Below are positions 17,749-25,914 of a stretch of 59,315 bases of DNA, piece after piece (position 1 is the stretch's first letter; each line of letters starts with the position of its first letter). The notes beneath the pieces are model-generated. The model was not told the DNA's origin, did no database searches, and worked only from the letters and a program-made list of their open reading frames with translations. Source of the stretch: a bacterium (GTDB lineage: Bacteria; Bacillota; Clostridia; TANB77; UBA1234); contig CAVHNT010000055.1 in NCBI GenBank assembly GCA_963637565.1, positions 1 to 59,315 of the forward strand. Reading direction: 5' to 3'. The position numbers and the translations under genes are program-made.

Positions 17749-19392
17749 TTACTTAATATATTTTGAAATGTCTCTATTGTACAACTCATCCCATCTGTCT
17801 GCCACATCAAGCGAATATGTTTTTGTTCTCTTTCCATCTGAAGAATATGCTGTAAGCACAACCGTATATGCACTTGATTTTCTAGTAAATAGTTTTGATT
17901 CATCTATTTTAAATCCGTCTTTTGAAATGTCTCTTAATGAATTCCATGAGTGTAAAGTCTGAGTAGTGCCGTATGGAATAACATATGTCGTTGTATAAAT
18001 ATTTCTGCCATTTCTTATTTTTGATGAAAGTTCTTTTGGAAATTTATACGCATTATTTAAAGCTTTCAAACTAGAATATCTTGTTTTTTGCTTTCTTTCT
18101 CTTGGCTCATCCCATTCAAATCTTTTTGTAATATCATCCAACGTCTTTATAGAAGTTCCACCAGCAAAGTTAAAATATACACCACTAGCATCTTCTGAAG
18201 TTTCTACTTCTATCTTTATAACCTGACCTGCACAGACAAAATTTCTTTTCCCGTCTTTTGTTTGATACAAATCAACTAATTGTTCTCTACCATACGAATC
18301 TGTTGAAACTCTTTTTATTGAACATGAATATATTTTTGGTGCTTCTTTGTCATTTTTTATTATTGGATTTTCTATTTTTTCGTTTTCAAATCTCACTTTA
18401 ATATATTTCTTGGTAGTCGCATACATAGTTGGATCCGATACAAAGTACGTTGATAAAAAAGAATTACATTCAAGTTCAATTATTATTTCATCAGAATTGT
18501 AATCTTTTCTATTTACTATTATTACATCATCTTTTGAAATATTGGTCTTTCTATTTTCACTAATTAAATTTTTATTTATACCATTTACTTTTAACTGTGA
18601 CTCTATAATCTTTATATGCTCTGGCTTTGCATATTCATTTAATCCTTCAACAAAAGCTCCAAAGCTTAATGGAATTTCTATCATATTTTCGTCTTTTTTT
18701 ACTACATAATCATTTCCATTTGGCAATGTTATTGTGCTATATAATTTTGCATCTGCTGCCATTGGTTTTATTGAGAATGTAGCAACCCAATAAACATTTC
18801 CATCTCCAGGTTTTTCTGTATATATACTTCCAGCACTTTTCCATGTTGCATAGCTTTCAACTCTTGCCTTATTTAATCCAATGTTTAATGGCGTTAAATC
18901 ATATTCAATTCCGAATCTTGAAAGTTTGCTGTTCAACATATAATCTCGTTGGATACCATATTGATACTTCGTCATATCATTCCATGACTCTAATGCATCT
19001 TTTATTTCTCTGTAATTCCAATTCAGCGGAGATGTTCCCGAATTATAGTCATCTGGATATATTTCATTATGTACTAACTTTCCTGTATAGTCTTCACCCA
19101 ATATCCAATATTCTCCTCTTGTTCCACTTCCTCGCCACGCTCCTCCATTTAATGTCCAATTTCCATTCTTAGTTGTCTTCCATTTCTGTTTCTGACTACT
19201 AACATTTAGTGGAGAACCATATACAAACATATTATATTTTTCGTATATTTCTTCATTCAGCTTCATTCCATTTACATTAATACTTTTTATTTGAATTGCA
19301 TCTATCATATATTCAAATCCACTTGAATATGCGTATATACAACTTGGAACTACACTTATTATTACTAAAAATAAAGTTATAATTTTTTTCAT
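17749..19392 (-). CDS. Secreted protein of unknown function (547 aa)
   Basis: Signal peptide MKKIITLFLVIISVVPSCIYA. GAAAGGTAGG RBS. No recognisable domain. Confidence 0.75.
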   Translation of the reverse strand: MKKIITLFLVIISVVPSCIYAYSSGFEYMIDAIQIKSINVNGMKLNEEIYEKYNMFVYGSPLNVSSQKQKWKTTKNGNWTLNGGAWRGSGTRGEYWILGEDYTGKLVHNEIYPDDYNSGTSPLNWNYREIKDALESWNDMTKYQYGIQRDYMLNSKLSRFGIEYDLTPLNIGLNKARVESYATWKSAGSIYTEKPGDGNVYWVATFSIKPMAADAKLYSTITLPNGNDYVVKKDENMIEIPLSFGAFVEGLNEYAKPEHIKIIESQLKVNGINKNLISENRKTNISKDDVIIVNRKDYNSDEIIIELECNSFLSTYFVSDPTMYATTKKYIKVRFENEKIENPIIKNDKEAPKIYSCSIKRVSTDSYGREQLVDLYQTKDGKRNFVCAGQVIKIEVETSEDASGVYFNFAGGTSIKTLDDITKRFEWDEPRERKQKTRYSSLKALNNAYKFPKELSSKIRNGRNIYTTTYVIPYGTTQTLHSWNSLRDISKDGFKIDESKLFTRKSSAYTVVLTAYSSDGKRTKTYSLDVADRWDELYNRDISKYIK

Positions 19393-19523
19393 TATACCTA
19401 CCTTTCAAATACTTCTTCTAAAGAAGATGCTTTGGGGAACATCTTCTTTTGGAAGTACAATTAAATTTCACAGATAGACAATCTATGGAATAAACATTAC
19501 TTCAAACAAACTATCGTTTTGTT

Positions 19524-20774
19524 TTAAAGTTTGGAAATATAAAATACAGGATGTTCATATTCTTTTTGGTAAAAACAAATTATATATTTTCCGTACTGTT
19601 TTACTTCTGCATATTCTTTATCTCTGCCAACATTTGAAACATAATTAATATTTTTTTCTATCATATATTCAAGTATATCTTCCGCTTGCTGGTATCCAAA
19701 TTCTATTTCAAAGATCCTTAATAAGGTTTCTTTCTTGTACTCATCTATATATTTTTTATTTAAATAATCCGAATAATCTCGCCACATTTTTATCAATTCA
19801 ATTTTCAAATAACAATCATTATTAAATTCATTTTTTCCAGATGATTCAGCTAATTTATATAACATGTTTTCATAGTATGTAAAAACAAAATCTGCTCCAC
19901 CATTTTCTATCTCTTTTTTATTTTCACCATGAGAAACCCTTAGTTGATTAATAGTACATTTAGATGGTGAATAAATTACCTCGGTATATGTATTATCTCT
20001 TATAAGTGATTCTATTTCTTGCACTACTTTTGAAACATTTATGATATTATTATTTAATTTGTATCCTTGACTATTAGAATATTTTCCGTTATCGTAAATA
20101 AAAATCTTATTATTTTTGATTTCATAATTTGGCTCCATACTATTGTCAGAAGTTTTATAATTTGATAAATCAACTCTTTTTTGAGGTGCATATGTTTTAT
20201 AAATACTATTTTTGTTTTGAGCATCAATCATTCTACTTAATATAGTCACTGCTTCAGCTCGTGTTATGGTGTTCTCTCCTCTAAACGTTTTATCAGAATA
20301 CCCATTTACAATATTAAGTTTTACAAGTTTTAGCACATTTGTTTTATACTCCCTTTTTAAATCTTTAAATTGAATATTACTCTTACTTACATTATTTAAA
20401 TCCATAATATTTGATATTATATTAATAGCATCATACCTTGTTAATAAATCGTTATAGTCTGAATATTCATTTGTTATTAAGTTATTTTTCTTTGCTGTTT
20501 CTATATAAAAATCTGGCCACACGTTGTTTCCAACTCTTTCTAACTTATAGTTTTTAATACTAATTATCATTTTCAAAAACTCTACAATTGTTACACTATT
20601 ATCTGGTCTAAAAGTATTATCGTTGTACCCATTTATTACATCATTTTGAATGGCTTTTTCGATTATTTCTTTTGCCCAATGCTTCTCAATATCTATAAGT
20701 TGTGTACTATTTGCAAACACGATTTTTGAAAATAATGTAAACATTATTATTGCAACAATATATTTTTTTCTCAT
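19524..20774 (-). CDS. SLH-domain (S-layer homology) cell-wall-anchored protein with an unknown C-terminal domain
   Basis: 416 aa. Signal peptide. SLH-type repeats HWAKEIIEKAIQNDVINGYNDNTFRPDNSVTIVEF and LNIVNGYSDKTFRGENTITRAEAVTILSRM. Confidence 0.8.
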   Translation of the reverse strand: MRKKYIVAIIMFTLFSKIVFANSTQLIDIEKHWAKEIIEKAIQNDVINGYNDNTFRPDNSVTIVEFLKMIISIKNYKLERVGNNVWPDFYIETAKKNNLITNEYSDYNDLLTRYDAINIISNIMDLNNVSKSNIQFKDLKREYKTNVLKLVKLNIVNGYSDKTFRGENTITRAEAVTILSRMIDAQNKNSIYKTYAPQKRVDLSNYKTSDNSMEPNYEIKNNKIFIYDNGKYSNSQGYKLNNNIINVSKVVQEIESLIRDNTYTEVIYSPSKCTINQLRVSHGENKKEIENGGADFVFTYYENMLYKLAESSGKNEFNNDCYLKIELIKMWRDYSDYLNKKYIDEYKKETLLRIFEIEFGYQQAEDILEYMIEKNINYVSNVGRDKEYAEVKQYGKYIICFYQKEYEHPVFYISKL

Positions 20775-20786
20775 ATATTCTCCATT

Positions 20787-21110
20787 CTACAAAATTACAC
20801 TCGAAATTCTTTTGCTTATATATTCATCATCACATTTTCTCGATATTATATCTTTAGTTTTATATTCATTTACAAGTTTCCAAATTGTGTTTTCATCACT
20901 CTTGTCTGTTATGATTATTAAATTATTATATTTTTTCAATAATTCATTTTCAAAAGCATTCTCAATATACTCAGGCAGAATTACAAAATCGTTTTTTGTG
21001 CATCTAAAACTGTAAGAATCTTTTACTTCAATATTTTCTATTCCTGCCGATATTAGCTTATCTTTTAACTTTAAATATCTTTCTTTTATATCAATAAAGT
21101 ATATTTTCAT
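20787..21110 (-). CDS. Small receiver-like (degenerate REC / TadZ-N-terminal-like) protein
   Basis: Start moved to MKIYFIDIKE (GAGGTGG RBS; track start is 21131). beta-alpha pattern MKIYFID...DFVILPE...LIIITDK resembles a receiver domain lacking the acidic pocket. Confidence 0.4.
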   Translation of the reverse strand: MKIYFIDIKERYLKLKDKLISAGIENIEVKDSYSFRCTKNDFVILPEYIENAFENELLKKYNNLIIITDKSDENTIWKLVNEYKTKDIISRKCDDEYISKRISSVIL

Positions 21111-21804
21111 TCTCCACCTCTTTTGTAGCACCTGTAATGTTAAATACTGCTATTTCTCTTAAAAGATTTATTTGTTTTGCTTCATCATGAGTTATTGCAA
21201 CTAGCACGGTATCTATATTACCATCATCAGGGGTTTCAACTTCTATTCCGTCACTATTAAATGATCCAAGTACCTTAGTTTTATTTAATATTTTTATTAT
21301 TGTATATCCATCATATTCATCACCAAGTGTTAGCCTTTCGTTCTCTGTCAAAAATGTATTTGCATATTCGTTTTTTAAAGTTGCATATACATTAATCAAT
21401 GAATTTTCTTTTATAGAATATGACATTCCGTGTTCTGCACTTTGAATTTTTATTGCAACTTTTTCTTTTCCAGGTTCCACTTCATATATTGCCAAATTCT
21501 CCTTTGTGTCAAGTTGTTCTCTTATTGCTATTTGACCTTTATATGCTTTGTCTTTTAAATATAGCCCATCAATCTCAGAAAAGTCTTGTACTATTTTTGT
21601 TGTAGCCAAATAAGAAATTGGCATATTTACTTTTTCAAACATATCTTGTGTTATTTTTTCATTTGATTCAACATTTTCTTTAAAAGCAAGGCATGATATT
21701 GTTGGTTCATAATCTATCATTTGCTTTTGAATGTATGTTGAGATAAAGAAAATTATCAATGTTATCAATGCAGTAAAACCAAGCAATGTTATTTTATTTT
21801 TCAT
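21091..21804 (-). CDS. CpaB/RcpC-like Flp pilus assembly protein (N-terminal TM plus SAF-like domain)
   Basis: Start moved to MKNKITLLGF (GGAGG RBS lies inside the track's TTG-started extension). TM anchor. Gene position next to flp. Confidence 0.45.
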   Translation of the reverse strand: MKNKITLLGFTALITLIIFFISTYIQKQMIDYEPTISCLAFKENVESNEKITQDMFEKVNMPISYLATTKIVQDFSEIDGLYLKDKAYKGQIAIREQLDTKENLAIYEVEPGKEKVAIKIQSAEHGMSYSIKENSLINVYATLKNEYANTFLTENERLTLGDEYDGYTIIKILNKTKVLGSFNSDGIEVETPDDGNIDTVLVAITHDEAKQINLLREIAVFNITGATKEVENENILY

Positions 21805-21819
21805 ATTTTCCTCCAAACT

Positions 21820-22011
21820 TTAAACAGTAAATGGTGCACTTCCAGTGCGTTCAAACCATGTAGATATCGTTGTCATCATGTTATTAAACAATCCCTCCAT
21901 TTGCGGATAGAAAACTGTTATTACTATTACTAATAATATTCCTGCAATAAGTATAACTTGCAATATTTCAGATCCCCTTTGTTCTTTTAATTTTTCTTTT
22001 AGTTTTTTCAT
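21820..22011 (-). CDS. Flp-family (type IVb) pilin-like protein
   Basis: 63 aa. Charged leader MKKLKEKLKEQRG, then SEILQVILIAGILLVIVITVF hydrophobic core, typical of Firmicute Flp1-like pilins. AAGGAG RBS. Confidence 0.6.
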   Translation of the reverse strand: MKKLKEKLKEQRGSEILQVILIAGILLVIVITVFYPQMEGLFNNMMTTISTWFERTGSAPFTV

Positions 22012-22028
22012 AAAAACATCTCCTTATT

Positions 22029-22868
22029 TTAATTAAAAATTGTATTAAATCCTTGTCCTATTGAAGTAAACAAAGGATAAAACGTAAGTAAAACAATATT
22101 GCCTAGTGCAACAATTACTCCAAATGTTATATATAAAACTTTGACTCGTGTTGCCTCTTTAATTTTTTCTATATATTTAACTTTTAACATATTAGAAAGA
22201 TTTTCTAATATTTCAATAATGTCTCCTACTTTGTTGTACTCTTTTAAAGAATTGCAAAACATGTTGATTTCGAGAATATCAAACTTGTTCTTCAATTCAT
22301 CAAGAGCTATATCAATATTTAGTTCTGATAATTCATATTTCATTGAAAATTCTAGAATGGCTCTTTTGAAATCTTTGTTTTTACAATTTTCAAATTGCCT
22401 CTTTAAAGAATCTTTTAAGGTTAAATGAGCAGATAATTGCAAACAAATTGAATTTATAAGATTTAACAAGTCCACACATATTTCACTATCGCGCGTCTTT
22501 TTATTTGCTAAAATGTAAATATCTATAAAAATATATCCAATAATAAAGAATATTATTGCAATAAAAATCGAATGGTAGTTAATACTTCCCGCCAAAAATA
22601 ATAAAAGTCCTAATGATACTTTTAAAACATAATATGAAATTGCATTTAATTTTAATGGGTATCCTTGCTTTGATAAAAAATCTTCCTTGGTTTTTAAAAA
22701 ATTAAATTTTGAAAAAAGTTTTTTTAGAGAATAGTCTTTTGTTACATAACTTAAGTTATTTCGCTTTTTGTATTTATCTGATTTTAAGAAAATAATAATT
22801 TTGTTTGCTAACAAATATGATAAAATAAAAAACAAAATATATAGTAGTATGTTTATCATGACTTTCAC
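22029..22868 (-). CDS. Type II secretion system F-family (TadB/TadC-like) membrane protein
   Basis: 279 aa. TM-loop-TM topology with a central helical cytoplasmic domain. Adjacent to the flp-like gene. Confidence 0.55.
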   Translation of the reverse strand: MKVMINILLYILFFILSYLLANKIIIFLKSDKYKKRNNLSYVTKDYSLKKLFSKFNFLKTKEDFLSKQGYPLKLNAISYYVLKVSLGLLLFLAGSINYHSIFIAIIFFIIGYIFIDIYILANKKTRDSEICVDLLNLINSICLQLSAHLTLKDSLKRQFENCKNKDFKRAILEFSMKYELSELNIDIALDELKNKFDILEINMFCNSLKEYNKVGDIIEILENLSNMLKVKYIEKIKEATRVKVLYITFGVIVALGNIVLLTFYPLFTSIGQGFNTIFN

Positions 22869-22896
22869 GTCCTTGTTTTTTTGTTTTTATGAGCTC

Positions 22897-22925
22897 ATTC
22901 TAGTTAGTTTTTTTCAAAAAGTCAA
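22897..22925 (-). promoter_or_regulatory. Promoter of the Tad-like operon
   Basis: Minus strand TTGACT (22920-22925), 17 nt, TAGAAT (22897-22902). A TGTCGAA heptamer lies ~30 nt further upstream (22954-22960). Confidence 0.45.
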
Positions 22926-23051
22926 CAAAAACGATTCAGTGATTTTGACATCTTTCGACAATTGCCAAAGAAATTATGCTTTAAATCAATATTTTGGGTT
23001 AATAATTTTTTACTTACATTTTATTTTTTCTTCATAGAATGTACCGTCTTG

Positions 23052-23579
23052 TCATTCAATTACATTCCAAATCACAACCGCCATTATAAAAGCAACTATG
23101 TCACAAAATAAACCAATCAATAAAGCTCCTTTCGTCTTTTTTATTCCAAATGTGGCTGTATATATCGCTAATACATATAAGGTTGTATCGCTTGCACCCA
23201 TTATGGTTGAAGCAATTTTCCCAACTAAACTGTCAGGGCCATTTACTTTCAATATATCTGTCAAAATTGCAAGGGCACCACCACCTGAAACACTTCTCAT
23301 TAACCCAATTGGTAAAACTTCTGTTGGAACTTTAAATATCGAAACTATTGGTTCTAATAATTTTACAAACAAATTCATTGCACCAGAATTTCTAAATAAA
23401 TTAATCGCTATTACTACAGCCAACATTGTTGGAAACATTTTGGTTATTACACTAAAACCTTCCTTCGCCCCTTCAATAAAGCAATCATATGTAGATATCT
23501 TTCTTCTTTCGCCAAACAGCAGTATTGATAATATTATAAATGGAATTATTGCGTAAGATATGTATTCAATTATTTTCAT
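23052..23579 (-). CDS. spmB: Spore maturation protein B
   Basis: 175 aa polytopic membrane protein. MRSVSGGGALAI... nucleoside-transporter/FeoB-like Gate domain. Paired with spmA. Confidence 0.8.
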   Translation of the reverse strand: MKIIEYISYAIIPFIILSILLFGERRKISTYDCFIEGAKEGFSVITKMFPTMLAVVIAINLFRNSGAMNLFVKLLEPIVSIFKVPTEVLPIGLMRSVSGGGALAILTDILKVNGPDSLVGKIASTIMGASDTTLYVLAIYTATFGIKKTKGALLIGLFCDIVAFIMAVVIWNVIE

Positions 23580-23605
23580 ATATTTTTTCCTTTCTTAAGT
23601 ATCTT

Positions 23606-24184
23606 TTACTTTACTCTAGCATTCTTTACAAATTTAACTATAATTACACCTACTGTAACTGCTGTAAAACTAGCAATTGCTATTGGTATAACCACTTCTG
23701 CGGGATTTTTCGAACCAGCAGATGCTCTTAGTGCAATTACAGTTGTTGGTATTAGTTGGATAGATGACATATTTAAAACCAAAAACATTAACATTGATTT
23801 GCTTAAAGTATCTTTTTTTGGATTAATTTTTTGTAATTCTTCCATTGCTTTTAGTCCTATTGGTGTTGCCACATTTCCTAAACCAATTATATTGGCAGTC
23901 ATATTCATTGCTATGTGTCCAATAGCTTTACTATCTTTTGGAATTTCTGGAAATAAAAGTTTTAAAAGTGGATGTACCAGCTTTTGTGTTTTTTCTATCA
24001 GTTTTGAATTATCTGCTATATTCATCAAACCACACCATAAACTTATAATTCCAAATATATTTATACATGTTTCTATAGTATTTTTTACAGACTCAAACAA
24101 GCCTGTTGTCATCTCTTCAACTTTTCCATTGATCATTCCTATTACTAATGATATAATCATTAACCACGGCCATATTTTATTCAT
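23606..24184 (-). CDS. spmA: Spore maturation protein A
   Basis: 192 aa. MNKIWPWLMIISLVIGMINGKVEEMT..., NMTANIIGLGNVATPIGLKAMEEL. Confidence 0.8.
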   Translation of the reverse strand: MNKIWPWLMIISLVIGMINGKVEEMTTGLFESVKNTIETCINIFGIISLWCGLMNIADNSKLIEKTQKLVHPLLKLLFPEIPKDSKAIGHIAMNMTANIIGLGNVATPIGLKAMEELQKINPKKDTLSKSMLMFLVLNMSSIQLIPTTVIALRASAGSKNPAEVVIPIAIASFTAVTVGVIIVKFVKNARVK

Positions 24185-24322
24185 ACTTCATCTCTCCTCA
24201 CAGAGTATTTATTTAATATCATTTTATAAATATATATTAAATTCTTCGTATTAAGATTCTTTTTATTTCCATTTCAAACTTACACTTTCTTACACTTTTT
24301 TCCACTTTTTTACTTTTTTCTA

Positions 24323-24351
24323 TTGACGTTTTTCATCAAACGTGATATATT
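24323..24351 (+). promoter_or_regulatory. abrB promoter, preceded by phased T-tracts
   Basis: TTGACG, 17 nt, TATATT. Upstream region ttacactttcttacacttttttccacttttttacttttttc forms periodic T-tracts (UP-like or curved DNA). Confidence 0.5.
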
Positions 24352-24384
24352 ATCTTCATCAAATTTAGTAAGGGGGTATTTCAA

Positions 24385-24627
24385 ATGAAATCAACAGGTA
24401 TTGTTAGAAAAGTAGATGAATTAGGAAGAATTGTTTTACCAATAGAATTAAGAAGAACTCTTAATATTGATATAAAAGATTCAATTGAGATTTACGTTGA
24501 TAACTCTTCAATTGTTCTAAAAAAATATGAACCAACTTGTCTATTTTGCGGAGAATCTGAAGATGTCGTTACTTACAAAGATAAGAATGTATGCAAATCT
24601 TGTTTAGAGGAAATGAAAAAAATGTAG
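24385..24627 (+). CDS. abrB: Transition-state regulator AbrB (SpoVT/AbrB swapped-hairpin DNA-binding domain)
   Basis: 80 aa. MKSTGIVRKVDELGRIVLPIELRRTLNI...IEIYVD. Confidence 0.9.
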   Translation: MKSTGIVRKVDELGRIVLPIELRRTLNIDIKDSIEIYVDNSSIVLKKYEPTCLFCGESEDVVTYKDKNVCKSCLEEMKKM

Positions 24628-24635
24628 TAAAAAAT

Positions 24636-24669
24636 GCGTGAATAACATTGTTTAATTCACGCTTTTTTT
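24636..24669 (+). terminator. abrB intrinsic terminator
   Basis: gcgtgaat / attcacgc stem followed by TTTTTTT. Confidence 0.75.
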
Positions 24670-24719
24670 ATTAAGAAACCTGCAAACCCTTTATGCATTA
24701 ACTTACTTTCCTATTACAC

Positions 24720-24756
24720 AAAAAAATTCCTGTGGGATTTTAGCCCATCAGGAATT
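24720..24756 (-). terminator. Intrinsic terminator closing the ORF-free transcript downstream of minC
   Basis: Minus strand: aattcctg-a-tggg ... ccca-caggaatt stem followed by TTTTTTT. Confidence 0.75.
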
Positions 24757-25260
24757 GCAACGAACCACATATTAATCTTAACGCCGACTATACATCATAA
24801 ATACACATCTCGCATTGTCTTTCGACAATGCAAAACATTCCATCACGATGGATAATCTTTGCTCGACCTATCAAAGCATCTTAGCAAATGTACCTCTCCA
24901 ACATAAGGAGGTTTACACTAGCACTTATATAGAATATTTTTTTCTTTAGTTACCCACTTCATGAGTAACTAAATTAAAATTCTTCTACTTTTCGACACCT
25001 AAAAAAGATCTTCGTTCAAATATATTACATATTAATCAACCATACAACACAAAAATAAGTTCACGTTAAATTATAGCTAACTTCACACATAATACACTCT
25101 TAACTCCGGTCTAATACAAATCTAAGTTTTTCTTAAACTCATACTAGCCTTTGCTCGAATAAAATTAAAACACTGTTCATGCTCTAAAGTCACTCTTAAC
25201 TCAACTAATATTGATCCGATACTAATATTGTGTACAGAAAAATTATATATATTCATTTTT
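24757..25260 (-). ncRNA. Candidate structured non-coding RNA or long structured 3' UTR of minC (family not recognised)
   Basis: Stops in all frames. Minus-strand 8-bp stem with GAAA tetraloop (24812-24831). Perfect 9-bp stem (24945-24973). Exact direct repeats GAGTTAAGAGTG x2 and TCGAGCAAAG x2. Ends at a strong terminator. Confidence 0.3.
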
Positions 25261-25277
25261 AAAAAAATTTTTTAAAT

Positions 25278-25904
25278 TTATTTATATATCTTAATTTCGC
25301 CCATGTCTATTTTCGCTAATTCATATCCTTCAGCATTATCTATTTTTTCAACTTCTGATTTCATTATGATATCTGCAATTCTTAATTGAGTAGGATTTAT
25401 TTCCATGGCTGCAATAAAGGCACTTCTATTTCCTTTTGCACCAGCATGTGCAAATCCTCTTAGTTTGCCTAGTATTATAACATTCCCTTCTGCAATTATC
25501 TCTGCTCCAGAATTCACATCTCCAAGTACAACAATGCTTCCTTCAAAGTCGATTCTTCTTCCTGATCTTAACATTCCTTTTACAACTTTTGTTGGTGTTA
25601 TTGTTGTATCTTTAGTAAAGATATTATTTATTGTTGCTAGCCCCATTTGTTTTGGTCTTTCTATTTTTACTTCAAGATCTGTTTTTTCTTTTATCATATT
25701 TTCAATCTCTGTTTCTTCTCCATCTAACAGTCTTTTTCCAGTTACTATTATTGGTGGTTTAACATTTTCAAAAACATTATCCGACGCAGCAAGTATCTTT
25801 TGTAGCTTTTCTTTTATTTCCATATAACTCACATCTTTGTTTAATTTTATTACAAGTTTGTCATTTTTATTTTCAAAAAATACTTCTGTATTCATATTTA
25901 TCAT
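25278..25904 (-). CDS. minC: Septum site-determining protein MinC
   Basis: 208 aa. C-terminal beta-helix motif GSIVVLGDVNSGAEIIAEGNVIILGKLRGFAHAGAKGN. Confidence 0.9.
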   Translation of the reverse strand: MINMNTEVFFENKNDKLVIKLNKDVSYMEIKEKLQKILAASDNVFENVKPPIIVTGKRLLDGEETEIENMIKEKTDLEVKIERPKQMGLATINNIFTKDTTITPTKVVKGMLRSGRRIDFEGSIVVLGDVNSGAEIIAEGNVIILGKLRGFAHAGAKGNRSAFIAAMEINPTQLRIADIIMKSEVEKIDNAEGYELAKIDMGEIKIYK

Positions 25905-25914
25905 TTCCCTTCAC

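Noticed and set aside
23098-24254. Plus-strand ORFs of 150-152 aa antisense to spmB and spmA
   Set aside because: These are antisense shadows of hydrophobic membrane-protein genes. The spmA/spmB calls are supported by RBSs and family motifs.
22954-24997. Spo0A-box-like TGTCGAA heptamers at 22954-22960, 24821-24827 and 24991-24997, around spmAB/abrB and upstream of the Tad-like promoter
   Set aside because: The heptamer also occurs inside coding regions (for example 7632-7638, 11070-11076 and 45626-45632). By rough composition-based expectation, about 6 copies are expected by chance in a window of this size, so the count is not evidence by itself. It is worth testing only with Spo0A ChIP or EMSA.
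25122-25256. 44-codon ATG ORF on the minus strand inside the ORF-free segment
   Set aside because: It has no Shine-Dalgarno sequence (the upstream sequence is pure A/T) and low-complexity composition. It is most likely fortuitous.
24757-25260. Known housekeeping RNAs (RNase P RNA, tmRNA, SRP/scRNA, 6S) or a T-box/riboswitch in the minC-abrB spacer
   Set aside because: None of the signature strings I know is present (GAGGAAAGUCC, the tmRNA GGGG...CCACCA ends and tag ORF, the SRP domain IV motif, the T-box AGGGUGGNACCGCG). No gene lies downstream for a leader to control.
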